DNA of 64,000 nt from an uncultured delta proteobacterium (GCA_963792965.1 CAWBYW010000016.1:128001-192000), one strand, 5' to 3'; numbered from the stretch's first letter, positions 53,207 through 63,543 are shown. Numbers and translations are program-made. Notes: generated from the sequence alone by a model not told the origin.

Positions 53207-54118
53207 TTACTTTTCCTTAAGTCTCGGGTTGAGTATCTCGTTGAGCCCCTCCCCGATCATCGTGAACGAGAGGGCGACCAGCGTGATCATCAGGCCGGGG
53301 AACGTGACGATCCACCACATGCCGGCAGGAACGAAGACTTTGCCCTTGGAGAGGTCGATTCCCCAGTCGGGGATGTCCGGGGGGAGCCCGAGCCCAAGAT
53401 AGGAGAGGCCGGCCTCCGTGAGGATCGCATCGGCGACGTTAAGCGAGAAGATGACGACCACCGAGGCGATGACGTTGGGGAAGATATACTTCGTCATGAT
53501 GGTGTACGCATCGGCCCCGATGGAGCGGGCCGCCTCAACGTAAAGCTCCTGCTTGACTGAGAGGACCTGTCCACGCACGATCCTGAAATAGGTGGGAACG
53601 TAGATGACGGCGATCGCGATCGAGATATTGGTGACGCCGGGGCCGAGCATCGCGGCCATGGCGATGGCCAGTATCAGCCCCGGGAATGAATAGATCGAGT
53701 CCATGATCAGCGAGAGGACCCGGTCAATGGATCGGCCGTAATAGCCGGAGAGAAGCCCGATGGGGATACCGACGACCGCCGAGAATATCGAGGCGGCAAT
53801 CGAGATCAACAGAACTGTGCGCGAGCCGAAAAGGATCCGGGAAAAGACGTCAAACCCCAGGTTGTTGGTTCCCATGATGAAGGTCTCGTTCGGCGGGAGA
53901 GGATTGAGCGGTATAACCTCGAGGTTGCGCTGTTTCAGATAGGGTGTCGCCACATCGGCGACGGGACTATAAGGGGCGATATATGACGCAAAAATCGACG
54001 ACAGCACGATGACGGTGAGGAGCACCGCCCCGAAGACGATGATATACCATTCGGCTTTGTGCTCCCGGGCCATGGAGATGAAAAAACGAACGGGCCGCGA
54101 AAGGAAACCGGAAACCAT
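53207..54118 (-). CDS. Peptide ABC permease (DppC/OppC-like)
   Basis: GTNNLGFDVFSRI, YVEAARSIG, EAGLSYLGLG. Confidence 0.9.
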   Translation of the reverse strand: MVSGFLSRPVRFFISMAREHKAEWYIIVFGAVLLTVIVLSSIFASYIAPYSPVADVATPYLKQRNLEVIPLNPLPPNETFIMGTNNLGFDVFSRILFGSRTVLLISIAASIFSAVVGIPIGLLSGYYGRSIDRVLSLIMDSIYSFPGLILAIAMAAMLGPGVTNISIAIAVIYVPTYFRIVRGQVLSVKQELYVEAARSIGADAYTIMTKYIFPNVIASVVVIFSLNVADAILTEAGLSYLGLGLPPDIPDWGIDLSKGKVFVPAGMWWIVTFPGLMITLVALSFTMIGEGLNEILNPRLKEK

Positions 54119-54120
54119 CG

Positions 54121-55146
54121 TCAGTACCTCACCCGTGGATCGACGATCGCATACAGGACGTCCACCAGAAGTGATATCCCCATCACCAACAGCGCAATGA
54201 AGATGATCGTCCCCTGAAGCGCCGGAAAGTCCCGGTAGTTGACTGCTTCCACGAGGAAGCTGCCCATCCCCGGCCAGGAGAAGGTCGTCTCGGTCAGGAC
54301 CGCGCCCGACATGAGGTAGGCAAACTCGAGCCCCATCATCGTGAGTATCGGGACAAAGGCGTTCTTAAGGGCATGCACATACACGACCTTCCGCTTTGGT
54401 ATCCCGCGGGCGTTGGCCGCCAGGACATAATCCTGCTTGAGGACGTCCAGCATATTGGCGCGCGTGAGCCGAACGAAGATGCCGCAGAGGATCAGCCCCA
54501 GCGCCATTGAGGGGAGGACGAGGTGCCACAGGGCGCTTGCTACCTGCTCGAAGTTGAGCGTCATGATCCCGTCCAGGACGTAGAGCCCCGTGATTACGTC
54601 GGGGGAGACGCGGGCGCTGATCCTTCCCGCGATGGGGAACCAGTTGAACGCGACGCCGAAGACCATCTGGAACATCAGGCCCAGCCAGAAGACCGGGATG
54701 GAATAACTCGTGATCCCGAAGAGCCTGATCGAATAGTCGGCCGCGCTCTTTCGCTTATGGGCGGCAAATGCGCCCGACGCGACGCCGATCACCACGGCAA
54801 ATAAGAGGGCGAAGATCGAGAGCTCCAGCGTGGCCGGAAAGTATTCAGCGATTTTCTCCGTGACCGGTACCCTATAGTAAAGAGACTGCCCTAAATCGCC
54901 GCGGAGGAAAGCGGATAGATAATCGACGAACTGGTTGTTAGTGGAAAAGTTGATGATCGGCTTATCGAGCCCGAGCTGGTGTCGGACCTCTTCCATCGTT
55001 TTTTTCGGCGCGTGGGCGCCCAGCATCGACTTGACCGGGTCACCGGGCATGACCCGGATGATGAAGAAGACCAGCGTCAACAGGATGAAGATCATCGGGA
55101 TCGTCAGCAAAAGCCGCGTCAGTATATAGGAAAAGAGCGATTTCAT
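54121..55146 (-). CDS. Peptide ABC permease (DppB/OppB-like)
   Basis: PGDP, GDLGQS, PATLEL, ARGI, ETTFSWPGMG, DPRVRY. Confidence 0.9.
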   Translation of the reverse strand: MKSLFSYILTRLLLTIPMIFILLTLVFFIIRVMPGDPVKSMLGAHAPKKTMEEVRHQLGLDKPIINFSTNNQFVDYLSAFLRGDLGQSLYYRVPVTEKIAEYFPATLELSIFALLFAVVIGVASGAFAAHKRKSAADYSIRLFGITSYSIPVFWLGLMFQMVFGVAFNWFPIAGRISARVSPDVITGLYVLDGIMTLNFEQVASALWHLVLPSMALGLILCGIFVRLTRANMLDVLKQDYVLAANARGIPKRKVVYVHALKNAFVPILTMMGLEFAYLMSGAVLTETTFSWPGMGSFLVEAVNYRDFPALQGTIIFIALLVMGISLLVDVLYAIVDPRVRY

Positions 55147-55169
55147 AAATGATGAGCCGTCCCGGTGGT

Positions 55170-55202
55170 AAAAAAGAGGGGGAAGGCGCGTGGCCTTCCC
55201 CC
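55170..55202 (-). terminator. Hairpin plus U-rich tail between the substrate-binding and permease genes
   Basis: Minus strand GGGGGAAGGC...GCCTTCCCCC followed by TCTTTTT. Confidence 0.65.
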
Positions 55203-55221
55203 GGAGATCTCTATGCGCACG

Positions 55222-56796
55222 TCATTTTCGATACACGACGTCGTAGTTGAAAATCATCGTCGCGCCGATGTTGATCCCCTCGATGTTTGGCTGCGTTACG
55301 AGGGTGAGCTTGCCCTGGAAGATCGGGCAGGTCGGGACTTCCTTTGCCCAGTAGTCCTGGGCGTCTTCGTAGATCTTGGTCCGGTCCTTCTTATCCGTGG
55401 TGACCTGGGCCTTCAGGAGAAGCTCGTCCATCTTGGGGTCTTTATAGAAGATCCCCATGCTGTTGGACGCGGTGGAGAGCGCAAAGACCGAGGTGTAGTC
55501 GTCCGGGTCGATGTAGTCCGGGTACCAGCCGAGGAGGAACGCGCTCATATTGCCCTTATCGAAGTTGTCATTATAGGTGCCCCATTCGGCGCTCTTGAGC
55601 TCGACCTTCATGACGCCGGTGGCCTCAAGGCCCTGCTTGAGGAGCAGCGCCACGTCGGCCTCGGTGTCACCGTAGTGGGACGGCGTATACCAGAGCTCGA
55701 ACGTAAAGGGTTTCTTCTCGTCATAGCCGAGTCCCTTGAGGAGCTCCTTGGCCTTTGCGATATTGTACTCGCCGTACTCATCCTTGAAGGAATCCTTGTG
55801 GCTCCACATCCCGATGGGGACCATCGTGTAGAGCGGCTCCACCGTGCCGAGGAAGACCTTGTCAACAACGGACTTCCGGTCCATGGCGGCGGCGACCGCC
55901 TCCCTCAGGATCTTTTCCTTGAACGGATCGCCGTTGCAGACAAAGCAGAGGTAGCGGATCTGGGCACCGGAGGCCTCGATGACCTTCAATTTCGGGTTGT
56001 TCCTGAGGTCCTTGATGTCGGACGGGTTGAGGGCCTTCCAGGCGATGTCGATCTCGCCCTTCTCAACGGCAAGGCGCAGCGTGGTCGCGTCTTTGTAGAA
56101 CTTGATGATGATCTTGTCGTTGAGTGCCGCGTTTCCGTAGTAGTTCGGATTCTTCACGAGCACCAGCTCCACGTCGCGGACGAATTTCTCGACCATATAC
56201 GCGCCGGTGCAGTTAAATGCGGACGGGTCGGCAACGACCTTGTCGGCCGGATATACCGCCGGATCGATCGGCATGTACGGCGGAGTCGCGACGAGTGACG
56301 GGAAGTAGGCGACCGGCTGCTTCAATACGAACTTGATGGTCGTCGGGTCTACGACCTCCACATGGTCGACGAAGTCATTGACGAGCCATGAGGGATCGGA
56401 CTTGGTCTTCATGACCCGGTCGATCTCGTACTTCACGGTCTCGGCGGTGATGGGCGCGCCGCTGGAAAACTTCAGGTCACTTCTGAGCTTGAAGGTCCAT
56501 TCCTTGTTGTCGGCCGAAGCGGTCGGCATATCGGAGGCCAATCCAGGGACGAGGTCCGTGGTCCCAGGGGTATAGACGAGGAGCGTCTGGTAGATATTCT
56601 GGAATATCTCCCACGTGTAAAAGTCATACGCCTGGGCGGGATCGAGCTGAGTAAGCTTTTCCGTCGTGCCGATGATGATTACCCCTCCTGCCGTGGGCGG
56701 CGGGGTCTTCTTCCCGCAGCCGACAATCGAAAAGGCGATCAGTCCCGCGGCTAACACGAGGGTAAAAATCATGAACAGAGATTTTTTCCCTTTCAT
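55222..56796 (-). CDS. Peptide ABC substrate-binding lipoprotein (SBP family 5)
   Basis: Lipobox IVGC; LDPA, PGLA, WTFKLR, TGAY, WYPDYIDPD. Confidence 0.9.
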   Translation of the reverse strand: MKGKKSLFMIFTLVLAAGLIAFSIVGCGKKTPPPTAGGVIIIGTTEKLTQLDPAQAYDFYTWEIFQNIYQTLLVYTPGTTDLVPGLASDMPTASADNKEWTFKLRSDLKFSSGAPITAETVKYEIDRVMKTKSDPSWLVNDFVDHVEVVDPTTIKFVLKQPVAYFPSLVATPPYMPIDPAVYPADKVVADPSAFNCTGAYMVEKFVRDVELVLVKNPNYYGNAALNDKIIIKFYKDATTLRLAVEKGEIDIAWKALNPSDIKDLRNNPKLKVIEASGAQIRYLCFVCNGDPFKEKILREAVAAAMDRKSVVDKVFLGTVEPLYTMVPIGMWSHKDSFKDEYGEYNIAKAKELLKGLGYDEKKPFTFELWYTPSHYGDTEADVALLLKQGLEATGVMKVELKSAEWGTYNDNFDKGNMSAFLLGWYPDYIDPDDYTSVFALSTASNSMGIFYKDPKMDELLLKAQVTTDKKDRTKIYEDAQDYWAKEVPTCPIFQGKLTLVTQPNIEGINIGATMIFNYDVVYRK

Positions 56797-57092
56797 AAAT
56801 CCTCCCTTAAAGGTATTCGGTTATCGCAAAAAACATGATTGGTTAAGAAACGGTGATATTTTTGGCGTGTCATTCTCTCTCGTTCAAGAAAAATCGGTTC
56901 TACCCACCCAAACGACGGCTCGGTAGCCGATAGCCACTATGACTTATATATCTTTAATAACTGAGTTTGTCAATTTTATTGTTGAAATATACCATTCTAT
57001 TCGGAAAAAAACAAATAAATTCAATAACGACCCAAAAAACTTGACAAGGAAAAGACCTTGGCGGTACCCTACTCCTTCACGAGAGGGATACG

Positions 57093-58670
57093 ATGAAGAC
57101 CAAAGCAGAACAGACCTTACCCCGTCACGATATCGATCTATTTCGCTCCATTTTCGCGCCCCGGTCGGTTGTTGTCGTCGGAAAAACCACCCCTCCCAAG
57201 GGTGCCTCCATGTTCCTCAGCGCGCTGACCAACCAGGGATACCGGGGCCGGGTTTACGCCGTCTCCACGGACTCCGGCGGGGGGATGGGATACGAGCATT
57301 TTGCCTCGATCGAAGAGATACCGGACGGAATCGAATATGCGATCCTCTGCGTCCCCGCGCGGGAAGTGCCCGAGGCGGTAGAGCGGCTCGCGCGAAGAGG
57401 CGTCAGGGCGGCCCACGTCTTCTCCTCCGGCTTCGGCGACCTCGAGACGGACGGCGGGAGGCACCTTGAGCAGGAGCTCAAGCGGGTATCGGCCCGGACC
57501 GGCGTGCGCGTCATCGGCCCCAACTGCCTGGGCGTCTTCTCTCCCGAGGTCGGCCTCTCTTTCCCGCCCGGGATCTTCCCGAAGGAGAGGGGGAATATCG
57601 GGTTTATCTCCCAGAGCGGCGGCACCGCCCAGTCGCTGGTCTGGTGCTCGAAACAATACGGATTTCGCATCAACAAGGCGGTGAGCCTCGGCAATTCCGT
57701 CGATCTCTCCGTCGAGGATTTCCTCGACTATATGATCGACGATCCCGAAGTCCAGGTGCTCGCTCTCTACCTCGAGGGGGTCGGCGATACGGTCCGGTTC
57801 ATGGAGTCGGTAAGGCGGGGTCTCGGGAAAAAACCGATCGTCATCCTCAAGGCGGGCCTGTCGGAGGCGGGGGTGTCGGCGGCCGCGTCCCACACCGGCA
57901 TTATGGCCGGGAGCGCCCCCATCTGGGACGCGGCGATCCGCCAGACGGGTGCCCTTCGCGTCCGAACGTTCGAGGAGCTCGTCCAGACCATCTCGGCCTT
58001 CGCGAAGAAAAAAGGAATCGTCGGCCGCCGGATTGCGCTGGTGAACCGCGGCGGAGGCGAGGGCGTGGTGGCGGCCGATATCCTGCCGGAGATAGGGCTC
58101 TCGGTACCTGCCTTTACCCAAGAAACACGGCGCTCGCTTGCCGCGATCATCCCCTCGGCCGGCACCGGTTTTGCGAACCCCGTTGACTTCTCGGCGATCG
58201 GCGGATATCCCGGCGTTTTCGAGAAGATGCTCGACATCGTTGATGCGGACCCCAACACCGACATGATCATCTATCAGCACCACATCGAGTTTGCCCACCT
58301 CTTCCGGGAAGGCTATAACCAGTACCTCCTCGACGCCCTGGTCGCTTTTCGCGAGCGATCGAAAAAGATGCTTTTCGTGGTACCCCCCCTCTACTATTCA
58401 GGGGAGGAGTGGTTGCGCTCCTTCGTCTACCTCAACGAGCGCGGCGTGTCCACCCACCCCTCGATCGACGGCGCGGCGATGGCGGCCCTCCATGTCGCCG
58501 AGTTCGAGGAAAGGCGGTCGGACCGATTAGTCTCTCGCGCCGGCCTCGGACGATTAAGACCCTGGCGTATCCTCCCAAGAAACGGCCGGCTCCGATCGGT
58601 AACGGCGCCCGTGCCGAATGTCCGGCACGCCTTAAAGAGAAGAGAAGAAAGCCGAAGACCGAAATTCTAA
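57093..58670 (+). CDS. NDP-forming acyl-CoA synthetase alpha-type (CoA-binding) subunit
   Basis: SSGF, IGPNCLG, ISQSG, SLGN, LYLEG, AASHTG (phospho-His), NPVD. Confidence 0.85.
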   Translation: MKTKAEQTLPRHDIDLFRSIFAPRSVVVVGKTTPPKGASMFLSALTNQGYRGRVYAVSTDSGGGMGYEHFASIEEIPDGIEYAILCVPAREVPEAVERLARRGVRAAHVFSSGFGDLETDGGRHLEQELKRVSARTGVRVIGPNCLGVFSPEVGLSFPPGIFPKERGNIGFISQSGGTAQSLVWCSKQYGFRINKAVSLGNSVDLSVEDFLDYMIDDPEVQVLALYLEGVGDTVRFMESVRRGLGKKPIVILKAGLSEAGVSAAASHTGIMAGSAPIWDAAIRQTGALRVRTFEELVQTISAFAKKKGIVGRRIALVNRGGGEGVVAADILPEIGLSVPAFTQETRRSLAAIIPSAGTGFANPVDFSAIGGYPGVFEKMLDIVDADPNTDMIIYQHHIEFAHLFREGYNQYLLDALVAFRERSKKMLFVVPPLYYSGEEWLRSFVYLNERGVSTHPSIDGAAMAALHVAEFEERRSDRLVSRAGLGRLRPWRILPRNGRLRSVTAPVPNVRHALKRREESRRPKF

Positions 58671-58681
58671 CAAGAAAAAGC

Positions 58682-58732
58682 TTGACAGGGGGTGACTTTC
58701 CCCGCTAATATAGTTAACCGAACGATCGGTTA
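58682..58732 (+). promoter_or_regulatory. tetR promoter with palindromic operator
   Basis: TTGACA-N18-TAATAT followed by TAACCGAACGATCGGTTA (58715-58732). Confidence 0.7.
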
Positions 58733-58752
58733 GCTATATTAGCGAGGGAAAC

Positions 58753-59373
58753 GTGAGGACGGGAGGAGAAAAGACAAAGAAGCGGATACTGGAAGTCGCC
58801 GAAGAGCTCTTCTCGGAAAAGGGTTTTGACGCAACCAGCGTCGGCATGATAGCCGACACCGTCGGCATCAACAAGGGCCTCATCTACTACCATTTCAAGG
58901 ATAAGAACGACATCATCGTCTCGCTGTTGATGAGTATCATCGAGGAGCTCAGGCAACACGTCCGGCCCGATTCACCCGCCCGCGACGGGGAAAGCGGTGT
59001 TACGGCCGTAAGAGAGAAAATCAAGGAGGAAATCACCTTCCTTGAAAGTCGAAGAAACATCCTGTCGATCATGCTGATGGAGGCCTTCAAGGAAAGCGAT
59101 AAGAACGACTTTCTCTTCCAATGCGCCGAGATCATCAGCGCCCAGGAAGCGCAAGGCGCCGTGGATGCAGCGCACGCGGACGATCCCCCGGCCGCTCAAT
59201 CCCAGGGAGACCTTGTGCACGAGTTCTTTACGGGCTTTATCCCCATGGTCGTCTTCATCGCCATGAAGGACAAATGGTCCCGCTATTATCGATGTGACCC
59301 CGATGCGCTCCTCGATCTCTTCGTGGATTCATTTGAGGCGACCCACCTCGCATCGCATATAAAGAAAGAATAG
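58753..59373 (+). CDS. TetR/AcrR family regulator
   Basis: ILEVAEELFSEKGFDATSVGMIA...GLIYYHFKDK. Confidence 0.92.
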   Translation: MRTGGEKTKKRILEVAEELFSEKGFDATSVGMIADTVGINKGLIYYHFKDKNDIIVSLLMSIIEELRQHVRPDSPARDGESGVTAVREKIKEEITFLESRRNILSIMLMEAFKESDKNDFLFQCAEIISAQEAQGAVDAAHADDPPAAQSQGDLVHEFFTGFIPMVVFIAMKDKWSRYYRCDPDALLDLFVDSFEATHLASHIKKE

Positions 59374-59424
59374 TCCGTTAAACGTGTGGCAACGGGAAAT
59401 ATGCCGTCACTGTTCTAACATAAC

Positions 59425-59442
59425 TGACCGAACGTTAGGTTA
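59425..59442 (+). promoter_or_regulatory. Second copy of the putative TetR operator
   Basis: TGACCGAACGTTAGGTTA, 15/18 identical to the 58715 copy. Confidence 0.65.
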
Positions 59443-59501
59443 ATATATAGCGGGTAATGAAGCATGTTTCTGTAATTCTATTCAAAAAAGAGGAGATAAG
59501 C

Positions 59502-60491
59502 ATGAAACAACTGCATCTCGTCATCGGGGGGGCCGGCCATCTCGGCAACAACCTGACCCGCTCGCTCATTCAGAGAGGGGAGCGGGTACGGGCCGGCGTA
59601 AGAAACGTCGACTACAGAGAGCCATTTGAGGGGCTGGACTGCGAGATCGTCTACGCGGATATCATGAAGAAAGACACCCTCCTGAGAGCGATGGACGGTG
59701 TGGATATCCTGTACATTGCCGCGGCAGTGTACAAGTCGTGGGCGATTGATATTCAAAAGGAGATCATAGACGTCAACGTGGAGGGAACGAGAAACATCAT
59801 GGAGGCGGCCGCAGCAAAGAAGGTAAAGAAAATCGCCTACGTGAGCACGACCTTTGCCCTGGATAAGAATAAGACACCTATGGATGAGACCGGATGGAGC
59901 GATGACCGCACCGATCCCTACGTCTATTCCAAGACGGAGGCCGAACGGTTGGCAACGGTTCTGGCAAAGGAGCACAATCAGTGGATGGTATCCATCGTGC
60001 CCTCGGGGATGATCGGCCCCAACTGCTGGGGTCACCTGACTCCGACCATGGAGCTGCTCTCCGAAATCCTGAAAAACCGGATACCTTTCGATCCGGGCTT
60101 CAGTTTCAATTTCGTGGATATACGCGACGTCTGCCGTATGATGATCGAGGCCGCCCAAAAAGGAAAAGACGGAAGTAGATACATCGTCGCCCAGGAGAAC
60201 CCGATCGGCTCGGGGGAACTCTTTGCGCTGGCTCACTCGCTCTATTTGTCCGTTAAGGTACCGCCGAAGGCGCCGTACCTTCTCATGTACCTCTCCGCGT
60301 CGGTGATGGAGCTCGCAAGTCGGTTCACGAAGAAAAAACCCCTCATGCAGAGAAACCAGGTGAAGAGCTTCCGTGGAGCCGATTTGAGGTACACGATCTC
60401 AAAGGCACGAGAGGAATTAGGATTTAACCCGCGCCCAACGGTCGAAGTCCTGACGGACGCATTCGAATATCTGAAGCGGGCGGACCGCTGA
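59502..60491 (+). CDS. NAD-dependent epimerase/dehydratase (dihydroflavonol reductase/HpnA-like extended SDR)
   Basis: GGAGHLG, NVEGT, YVYSK, FVDIRDV. Confidence 0.88.
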   Translation: MKQLHLVIGGAGHLGNNLTRSLIQRGERVRAGVRNVDYREPFEGLDCEIVYADIMKKDTLLRAMDGVDILYIAAAVYKSWAIDIQKEIIDVNVEGTRNIMEAAAAKKVKKIAYVSTTFALDKNKTPMDETGWSDDRTDPYVYSKTEAERLATVLAKEHNQWMVSIVPSGMIGPNCWGHLTPTMELLSEILKNRIPFDPGFSFNFVDIRDVCRMMIEAAQKGKDGSRYIVAQENPIGSGELFALAHSLYLSVKVPPKAPYLLMYLSASVMELASRFTKKKPLMQRNQVKSFRGADLRYTISKAREELGFNPRPTVEVLTDAFEYLKRADR

Positions 60492-60555
60492 CGCTGTCCA
60501 CGGATCGAAGTACCACCCGCGCGGTTTATCGCGCGATTTCTAAAGGAGAAAGCCA

Positions 60556-61701
60556 ATGTCGACTGGGAATACGGGAATACAAAAGAGAGGAACGTTTTGG
60601 GCGCTGGCCGCGTTCTATATGCTCATCGCCTTCGAGTTCTTCTATATGGCAAGCCCGTTTGCGATCTATTTCTATTCGGTCTACAAGCCGGCGCTGGACC
60701 TTTTGAACAAGGTCCCGGGTCTTGCGTGGCTCGTCGGATTTTTTTTGCCGCACATCGTGCTCGGCACCTCGTCTGCCCTGATAAACCTGCACAGCGAACT
60801 CGGCGCCGTCCTTGCCGTCGGCGGACTGTTGGCGTTCTCTATCGGGGCCTCGCAGGTCTACTGGCACAAGCTGACGAAAAAGGGCGCGGTGACCGGCGGC
60901 ATCTATAAGGTCGTGCGGCATCCGCAGTATGCCTCACTGATCATCAGCGGAGTTGGGCTCTTGCTCTTGTGGCCCCGATATATCGTGCTGGTCATGTTCG
61001 TGACCATGCTCTTTGCCTACCGGGCGCTGGCGCGGATTGAGGAGCGCGAGTGCGAGACGCGCTACGGGCAGCCCTACCGGGACTACAAGGAGAAGACCGC
61101 TATGTTTCTCCCCTTCAGGATACCACTTATGGACAGGTTATTCAGGCTTCCCGCGTCGAGGCCGGCCCGGTATCTCGCGTTGTCGGCTCTCTATATCGTG
61201 TCGCTGGTGGTGGCCGTCGGCCTGGCCTGGGGGACCGAGCGCCTCGCCGTGGGGAGTCTCTACGCGTTCTATTCGAAAGACGCCGCGTATATCTCGGTTG
61301 CCGCCATCGAGCCGCGTGCGCTGGAGACTATTGTCAAGACGGCCCTTGCAGACCCCGGCGTTCAGACGAGACTGGGCCGTGCGGGAGACGGCACCGGCGC
61401 GAAGTTCCTTAACTACGTTCTGCCCACCGACTGGTACGTCCCGGAGATCCCGATGTATATCCCCGAGGGCGAGGGGCATTCGTTCCCGTCGGACTACGAC
61501 AAAAATCTCTATAAGATCGTCTTCACAAGGGCCGAGATGAGGGCGGGTCGGGACGCGGAGGGCCGAACGATCATCACGGATACCGCTCGAAGGACGCCGG
61601 TCATGGAGGTATGGGTCGATCTGGCAGGGGCAAGGGTTATCAAAATAGAGGACCCGCCCAAAAGCGTCATGTACGAGAGCATCCCCGTGGCGGTCTATTA
61701 G
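60556..61701 (+). CDS. ICMT/PEMT family membrane methyltransferase with soluble C-terminal extension
   Basis: VTGGIYKVVRHPQY...EE...YGQPYRDYK..T.MFLP. Confidence 0.8.
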   Translation: MSTGNTGIQKRGTFWALAAFYMLIAFEFFYMASPFAIYFYSVYKPALDLLNKVPGLAWLVGFFLPHIVLGTSSALINLHSELGAVLAVGGLLAFSIGASQVYWHKLTKKGAVTGGIYKVVRHPQYASLIISGVGLLLLWPRYIVLVMFVTMLFAYRALARIEERECETRYGQPYRDYKEKTAMFLPFRIPLMDRLFRLPASRPARYLALSALYIVSLVVAVGLAWGTERLAVGSLYAFYSKDAAYISVAAIEPRALETIVKTALADPGVQTRLGRAGDGTGAKFLNYVLPTDWYVPEIPMYIPEGEGHSFPSDYDKNLYKIVFTRAEMRAGRDAEGRTIITDTARRTPVMEVWVDLAGARVIKIEDPPKSVMYESIPVAVY

Positions 61702-61765
61702 AGGCGGCGGCCTTGCGGGCGGTCGGTTGCTCCGGCTGCACTCCAATGGCGGGCTCAAACCACGG

Positions 61766-62605
61766 CTACAGCGCTATCCGTCCGTGTCGCGCGCTGTGGC
61801 ACTGGAGGTTGACGGCAAGCGGGAGGCTCGCGATGTGGCAGGGGGCGATCTCGACGTGTACGGCAAGGGCCGTCACGCGGCCCCCCAGCCCCATCGGCCC
61901 AATGCCGAGCGCGTTGATCTCGCCCAGCGCCGCTCGCTCCATGTCGGCGATCCGCGCGTCCGCGTTCGGCTTCCCCACCTCACGAAGCAGCGCGCGGCGG
62001 GCCAGGATCGGCGCGGTGTCAAACGTCCCCCCGATCCCCACCCCCACGATAAGCGGCGGGCAGGCCCGCGCCCCCGCGTCGCTCACCACCGAGACGACCC
62101 ACCCCACGATATCCTCCTCCCGGGCAGACGGGGTCAGCATGAGGAGACGCGACGCGTTCTCGGCCCCGCCTCCCTTGGCGAGAAACGCGATGGTGAGTGC
62201 GCTCCCCGCCACCGGCCTGACGTGTATCACTGGGGGGGTGTTGTCGCCGGTGTTTTCGCGCGTCAGGGGGTCGGCCATCGAGGTCCGGAAATGTCCCTCC
62301 CGGTAACCCTGTCTCATCCCCTCGGTGACGGCCGCGCCCAGGTCTTGCCCCTCGATCAGGACCTCGTTTCCGATATCCACGAAGAAGATCGCCGTGCCGG
62401 TGTCCTGGCAGAGCGGCATGCGCGCATCGAGAGCGACGCGGCGGTTCTCCAGGATCTCCTCGATGACGAGCCTCCCCGCCCGGGACTCCTCGTCCGCCAG
62501 CGCCCGTGAAAGCGCCGCCGTTACGTCGGGCGGAAGCTCGATGTTCGCCCCGACGACGAGGTCCCTGACCGCACGTGCGATATCCTCGGCCGCGATCTTT
62601 CTCAC
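61766..62605 (-). CDS. Fe-S fumarate hydratase/tartrate dehydratase alpha subunit
   Basis: PLCQDTG, NTGDNTP, KGGGAEN, ACPP, GIGPMGLGG, CHIASLP, QCH. Confidence 0.9.
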   Translation of the reverse strand: MRKIAAEDIARAVRDLVVGANIELPPDVTAALSRALADEESRAGRLVIEEILENRRVALDARMPLCQDTGTAIFFVDIGNEVLIEGQDLGAAVTEGMRQGYREGHFRTSMADPLTRENTGDNTPPVIHVRPVAGSALTIAFLAKGGGAENASRLLMLTPSAREEDIVGWVVSVVSDAGARACPPLIVGVGIGGTFDTAPILARRALLREVGKPNADARIADMERAALGEINALGIGPMGLGGRVTALAVHVEIAPCHIASLPLAVNLQCHSARHGRIAL

Positions 62606-63543
62606 GAGAGCTCCTTTTTGACCCCGTCGATCTCCGCCTTCACCACGGCGGCGGACTTTTCCAGCATCGCGCGCTCCTCAATGGAAAGCTCGATCTGGAT
62701 GATCCTGTCCATCCCCGCCCCTGATATCCTCACCGGCACGCCGAGGTATATACCCGAAAGACCATACTCCCCCTCGAGGAAAGCCGACGCACCCATGACC
62801 CTCTTCTGGTCCCTGAGGTAGGACTCGGCCATCATGACCGCGGACATGGCGGGGGAAATGTACGCGCTGCCCGTGGAGAGGAGCTTGACGATCTCGCCCC
62901 CGGCGAGACGTGTGCGAGAGACCAGTTCGTCGATCTTTTCCTTCGGGAGAAGCTTTTCGACCGGGATGCCGCAAACCGAGGCGCACCGGACGAGCGGCAC
63001 CATCGCGTCCCCGTGCCCTCCCAGCACCATCGCCTGTACGTCCCTGACCGAGACCTTCAGCTCTTCGGCGATGAAATAGGCAAAACGCGCCCCGTCCAGC
63101 GCCCCCGCCATCCCGACCACCCGCTCGCGGCCGAATCCCGTGACCTCCCTGGTCACCCACGCCATCACGTCCAGCGGGTTGGTCACGACAATGACAAACG
63201 AGTCCGGCGCGTGCTTTTTGATCTGTTCGGCAGTCCCCTTGACGATACCGGTGTTGACTCTGGCAAGATCCTCGCGGCTCATCCCCGGCTTTCGGGCAAA
63301 GCCCGCCGTGACGATGACGAGGTCGGCCCCGGAGAGCCCCGCCATATCGCTTGTGCCCTCGATGCGCCCGTCAAACGATCCGATGGGCGACCCCTCGGCG
63401 ATGTCGAGCGCCTTGCCGCTCGGCATGTCGGGCACGACATCGACCAGCGTGATATCCCCCAATTCCCTCTGGGCGGCAAAAAGGGCGCAGGAGCTTCCCA
63501 CGTTTCCCGCCCCGACGACGGCGATCTTACTTCGTTGTGACAT
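62602..63543 (-). CDS. mdh: Malate dehydrogenase (LDH-like)
   Basis: GAGNVG, TAGFARKPGMSREDL, VTNPLD, LGGHGD, GSAY. Confidence 0.92.
   Translation of the reverse strand: MSQRSKIAVVGAGNVGSSCALFAAQRELGDITLVDVVPDMPSGKALDIAEGSPIGSFDGRIEGTSDMAGLSGADLVIVTAGFARKPGMSREDLARVNTGIVKGTAEQIKKHAPDSFVIVVTNPLDVMAWVTREVTGFGRERVVGMAGALDGARFAYFIAEELKVSVRDVQAMVLGGHGDAMVPLVRCASVCGIPVEKLLPKEKIDELVSRTRLAGGEIVKLLSTGSAYISPAMSAVMMAESYLRDQKRVMGASAFLEGEYGLSGIYLGVPVRISGAGMDRIIQIELSIEERAMLEKSAAVVKAEIDGVKKELS

Noticed and set aside
5541-58298. Long antisense ORFs (e.g. 5541..6539, 23838..24941, 26718..27782, 37397..38584, 55165..56298, 57138..58298)
   Set aside because: Shadow frames opposite well-supported genes, expected in GC-rich DNA
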